A DNA stretch of 64,000 nt, from the NCBI RefSeq assembly GCF_000143415.4, contig NW_003314372.1:184898-248897 (forward strand), read 5' to 3'. The first letter of the stretch is position 1, and each line of letters opens with the position of its first letter. Made by a program: the position numbers and the translations under genes. The stretch comes from Selaginella moellendorffii (lineage: Eukaryota; Plantae; Lycopodiophyta). The notes under the pieces were generated by a model. That model saw only the letters and a program-made list of their open reading frames with translations, had not been told where the DNA came from and did not search any database. Shown here one piece after another: positions 60,378 to 64,000 of the stretch.

Positions 60378-62816
60378 CTAATTCTTTCTCATGTTCCGCC
60401 CCGCTCGGATGACTTCGTCTACGAGCAGCAGCTGAGAAGCAATCACCGGCCTGCCTCCAAAGAAAAGCTTGGGCTGTTAGAACGAGAGAGGGGGCCAAAG
60501 CAAGACGAGGGATTCGCTAACGTACGCTGCATCCACGATTTGGCGCTTGACGGAATAGTTGTCAAACACACCCTCCACCTGTGGGTCCATTGCTTCGCCC
60601 GTGTTGATATTCAAGCCCACAATGTTTCCATTGTCGTGCTCCGACTGCACAGTGTCGCGAGTCAAACACTCCCGTAGCAAACAAGGCACTTGTTTGTGTA
60701 CCTGGAGCGTGATGAGCACATCCTGCGTGTCTAGCCCGGCATTCTGGGCCAGCGTTTTTGGCACCACCAGAAGTGCGTCAGCGAATGCTTCCACACCAAG
60801 TTGAGCACGCTATATCAACCCCATCAAGACAAAAAAATAGCGTCAGCGACAAATTACAAGAAGCCACTGTATATGTACCCCTTGAACGGTTCTCTTGACA
60901 ATGTTCATCAAATGCTGCCTGGCCGCCACCTCAAATGCCCCTCCACCCTGCTCGTTGCTGGTCAGTCACCCTCACTCCCAAACGAAATCATGCACTTACC
61001 AAAACAATGGCCTCGTCCTCGATGGTGTTTTTGACCGACCTTAACCCATCTCGGATGGCATCCTTGATTTGAGCAATTGTATGGTCATCTGGACCTGCAC
61101 ACGCACACACAAAACAGAAGTAGCTGAGAACACCGCGAAAGTATGGCCACCAACCTTTGATTAAGATTGTGCAAGAGTGTGGATTTTTAACGTTCTCCAC
61201 GAAGGTGTACTTCTCTTCACCAAGAACGTGCTCGTATACGGTACCGGCCCATCCCAGGACGTCCGGACTGAGATCTTCCACCGAATCCACGGAGTGTCCA
61301 CCACAAGCGAGGATCAGTCTCTCCATGTTTCGGCGCTTGGCCCTCCTTAGAGCAATAATCTACAAGGTGATGAAACGTCAGCAATGCCCATGGACAAGTC
61401 CGGATTACTACCCCTTCTTTCGCAAACAAGTCCAACGAGATGGGATCTATCCCCTTTTGGTTGATAACAACAAAAGATTTGTCCGTTCCATCGCAAACCT
61501 GGTGCAAACATGAAGCCGTCAGGAAAAGAAAACACCGGCAACATCCTGTACCTGTTTTTTCAAAGCGATTATTCTCATCACTTTGTCGTCAACTTGCTTC
61601 CTTTCTGCGGCCACCATCTTCTCCCTCTGCTCCGCGTTAGAATAGAAGAAACCTGCGTTTATTTCGCTGCCGAAGGCGTGAGATGATGTATACAACCTTA
61701 GAATGCAAGAAAAGGGCTCGTGTACCTCTTTTCGTACTCAAGGGAGACATTGCACGTTAAAATAAAGGCATTGTCCACCCTTTTCTTCATGTCCGGATGA
61801 CGAGACCCGTGGTCGAGAACAAGGCCTTCTACCTGTCAAAGACGAAAAAGATGAGGCCGATTACGGATGAGGTTAAGTAGAAAGACAGACAAGGCGTGTA
61901 TCGGTATCGAACTTATGCCTCATGTGCATTATTTCCACCATGAAGAGATCCAGGGGCTCTTGCGGCTTCTTGACACAAAGAACCTGCAAGCCGGTGTATT
62001 AGACTCAAAATGCATGTAAAAAAGGCCATCTCCTTTATACCGCATTAACAACGATGTCAGTCAACTGGTCTGCCAAAGCCTCGTGCACCTGGTGAGCATT
62101 TTGTTTGAGTGCCAAAGAAAGAAGAACACAGATGAGAGGCTACCTTCGTTCTCAACGTTGTTCTCGCGACCATTTTGAGGATCTCCTTGTCAGGAGAATC
62201 TCCAATCTCGACTGGAATTTTGAAGTTCTCAAGGAACTCTAGCGTGGCCCTCTTGGCAATATCAAAACCATCCACCAGTATGCGCGGATGCATTCCTGAA
62301 AAGCAAAAAAAAAAAAAAAAAACAGAAGAGGTGCGTCGAGAAACAACGATCCGCTTTGGGCTACCTTCACTGATGAACCGCTCCGACTGTTTCATCAATT
62401 CTCCGATCAAGATGACTGTGGAAGTAGTTCCATCACCGCTAATGTCATCCTGCGCTACAGCCGTTCGGGCAATCATGATGGCTGTGGCGTTTTGTATTTG
62501 CTTCACCGAAAAACAACCGTGAGCATTTCCAAGAAGGAAGGAGGAAAGAAGAGCCTACCATGTCCCTGAGCAAGGTATTGCCGTCTTTGGTGATCTTGAG
62601 GTCGCCCGAGCCCCCAACGAGCCTGAAAGCCTGGTCTAAGCAATCCAAGAAAGAATCCAAGACCAAAGAGAGAGCAGCTTACATTTTCATGGTTCCTTTG
62701 GGGCCCAGATTGGTGCACACCACATCCTGGAGGCCCTTGGCAGCGTTGATGTTCATGTGCAGTGCCGCCGACCGGTTGAGCACCTCGGCATTGGGATTGA
62801 GCGACCGGATCGCCAT
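60378..62816 (-). CDS. CCT6: T-complex protein 1 subunit zeta (chaperonin CCT6)
   Basis: [85 protein letters not shown]. Confidence 0.97.
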
Positions 62817-62832
62817 ACTTGAAAGTGCCGCA

Positions 62833-62852
62833 AAACCCTAACCCTAACCCTA
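62833..62852 (-). promoter_or_regulatory. Telo-box array upstream of CCT6
   Basis: aaaccctaaccctaacccta. Similar telo-boxes occur near the starts of SYP13, ROMO1, Mpv17, TIM50, MORC, PHAX-like, LEO1 and GFAT. Confidence 0.65.
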
Positions 62853-62904
62853 TGAGAGTAAAAGGCTTTTTTGATTCAGCAAATCTTGGAAGTGGACACC
62901 GATC

Positions 62905-63593
62905 CTACGACTTGGCTCCGGATGATCCAGCTCCAGAAGATGATGAAGCGGCGGTAATGCCGCCGCCCGCCGCCTTCTTCTTGTTGTAATCCTTGACGGC
63001 AGCTTTGATGGCGTCCTCGGCGAGCATGCTGCAGTGGAGCTTCACCGGCGGCAGTGCCAGATGCTTGGCGATGTCACTGGTGAGAAACCAACAGAATTAG
63101 TGACGAGGACGACGCACCAGCGAGAATGGAATCCTTGGTTCCCCATTCACCTGTTGCGGATGCCCATCACGTCGTTCACGCCCTTGCCCTTGACCCATTC
63201 GGTGGCTGCAAATTAGCAGCAGCGACGGATGATCGATCCATCAGGAGTGACTCACTCACACTCACCCACAGACGAGGACGCGATTGCCGATCCACACCCA
63301 AATGTCTTGAAGCACGAGTCCACAATCTTGCCCGATTCGTCCACCTTGATCTGGAGCTTCATCACATCACCGCAGGCGGGTGCGCCCACCAGGCCCGTGC
63401 CCACGTTTGGATCCGCCTTGTCGAATGAGCCCACATTTCTGGGATTGTCGTAATGATCCACCACCTTGTCATGGTAGGGCCTGCACGATCGGAGAGACGA
63501 CGATCGGGATCGCGCTCGCGCTGCTGCAACCGCCGCCGCCTCTGCGATGGATCCTCGCGCAATGGATCCCCGCGCGGCCTGCCAGAACATCAT
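62905..63593 (-). CDS. ISU1: Mitochondrial Fe-S cluster scaffold IscU/ISU1
   Basis: YHDKVVDHYDNPRNVGS, VGAPACGDVMKLQI, FKTFGCGSAIASSS, LALPPVKLHCSMLAEDAIKAA. Confidence 0.97.
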
Positions 63594-63692
63594 CCTCCTT
63601 TCCCCGTGCCCTAATTAGGGCTCGACAGGGGAATTTTGTTTAAATATGCCACGCTGGACATACCGTTTGGACCCGGGTCAAAAGAGCTGCCC

Positions 63693-63779
63693 TGTATCAA
63701 GGTATGAGAGTTGGTGTGTTGTGTAGTCTCCTTTGCTTCATCATGGTATCAGAGAAGGGGGGGGTTGGGGGGGGGGGGA
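63693..63779 (+). mobile_element. LTR-retroelement fragment: LTR end (...TCA), tRNA-iMet primer-binding site and G-rich tract
   Basis: ...ttcatCA TGGTATCAGAG (63744-63754) is the canonical plant PBS. It is preceded by TG at 63693 and followed by poly-G. Gene density ends here. Confidence 0.5.
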
Positions 63780-64000
63780 TTTCCAAATCTTGAGTGATCT
63801 TAAGGTTCTCTTGAGATTTAAGCCCTGATCTCATCCTCTATCTATACTATCAAAATTCTTGTGGCTATCATGCACATACCTTAAAGATCTTAAGTAATCT
63901 GATGGTTTTGAGCATGGGAAAGCACAAAAATGAAGGATCTAAGCTTCTCCTCTCTGATGAGAATGTATTTCGTTGGTTCTCCCATTGTGAAAACTAAGCT

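Noticed and set aside
62833-62852. Interstitial telomere or chromosome-fusion scar
   Set aside because: Only about three short units sitting just upstream of a start codon, consistent with ordinary promoter telo-boxes.

Overview
Eukaryotic, extremely gene-dense land-plant DNA. About 31 intron-containing or intronless protein genes lie in 64 kb. Introns are mostly 50-100 nt, intergenic gaps are often <150 bp, and telo-boxes (AAACCCTA) sit before many start codons. This compact style and the GC-rich intronless PLS-PPR gene suggest the lycophyte Selaginella (inference, not verified). Genes in order: ureide permease, CML-type EF-hand protein, ATG11, a hidden 3-exon 75-aa gene, NIP aquaporin, an intronless WWE + ADP-ribosyltransferase-like gene, SYP13 syntaxin, PP5, a 59-aa sORF, ROMO1/Mgr2, TMEM131-like, Mpv17/PMP22, BCAT, TIM50, ERD4/OSCA, MED10, MRD1/RBM19, an unknown gene, CW-type MORC ATPase with an N-terminal SPOC-like domain, a decayed tandem-duplication relic, PLS-E PPR, divergent PHAX-like, nsLTP, PPD3, LEO1, ACR, a plastid Zn-ribbon protein, GFAT, BPP-like, DEMETER/ROS1-like, CCT6 and ISU1. 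An LTR-retroelement PBS lies at the right edge. The most notable candidates are the minimal WWE-ART gene, the SPOC-MORC-CW architecture with its adjacent decayed duplicate, the loop-deleted PHAX paralogue, an N-N-A-R NIP filter, and several unannotated small ORFs/uORFs. CDS coordinates span first to last coding base and exon joins were inferred by eye. Family calls come from recognised motifs, not database searches.
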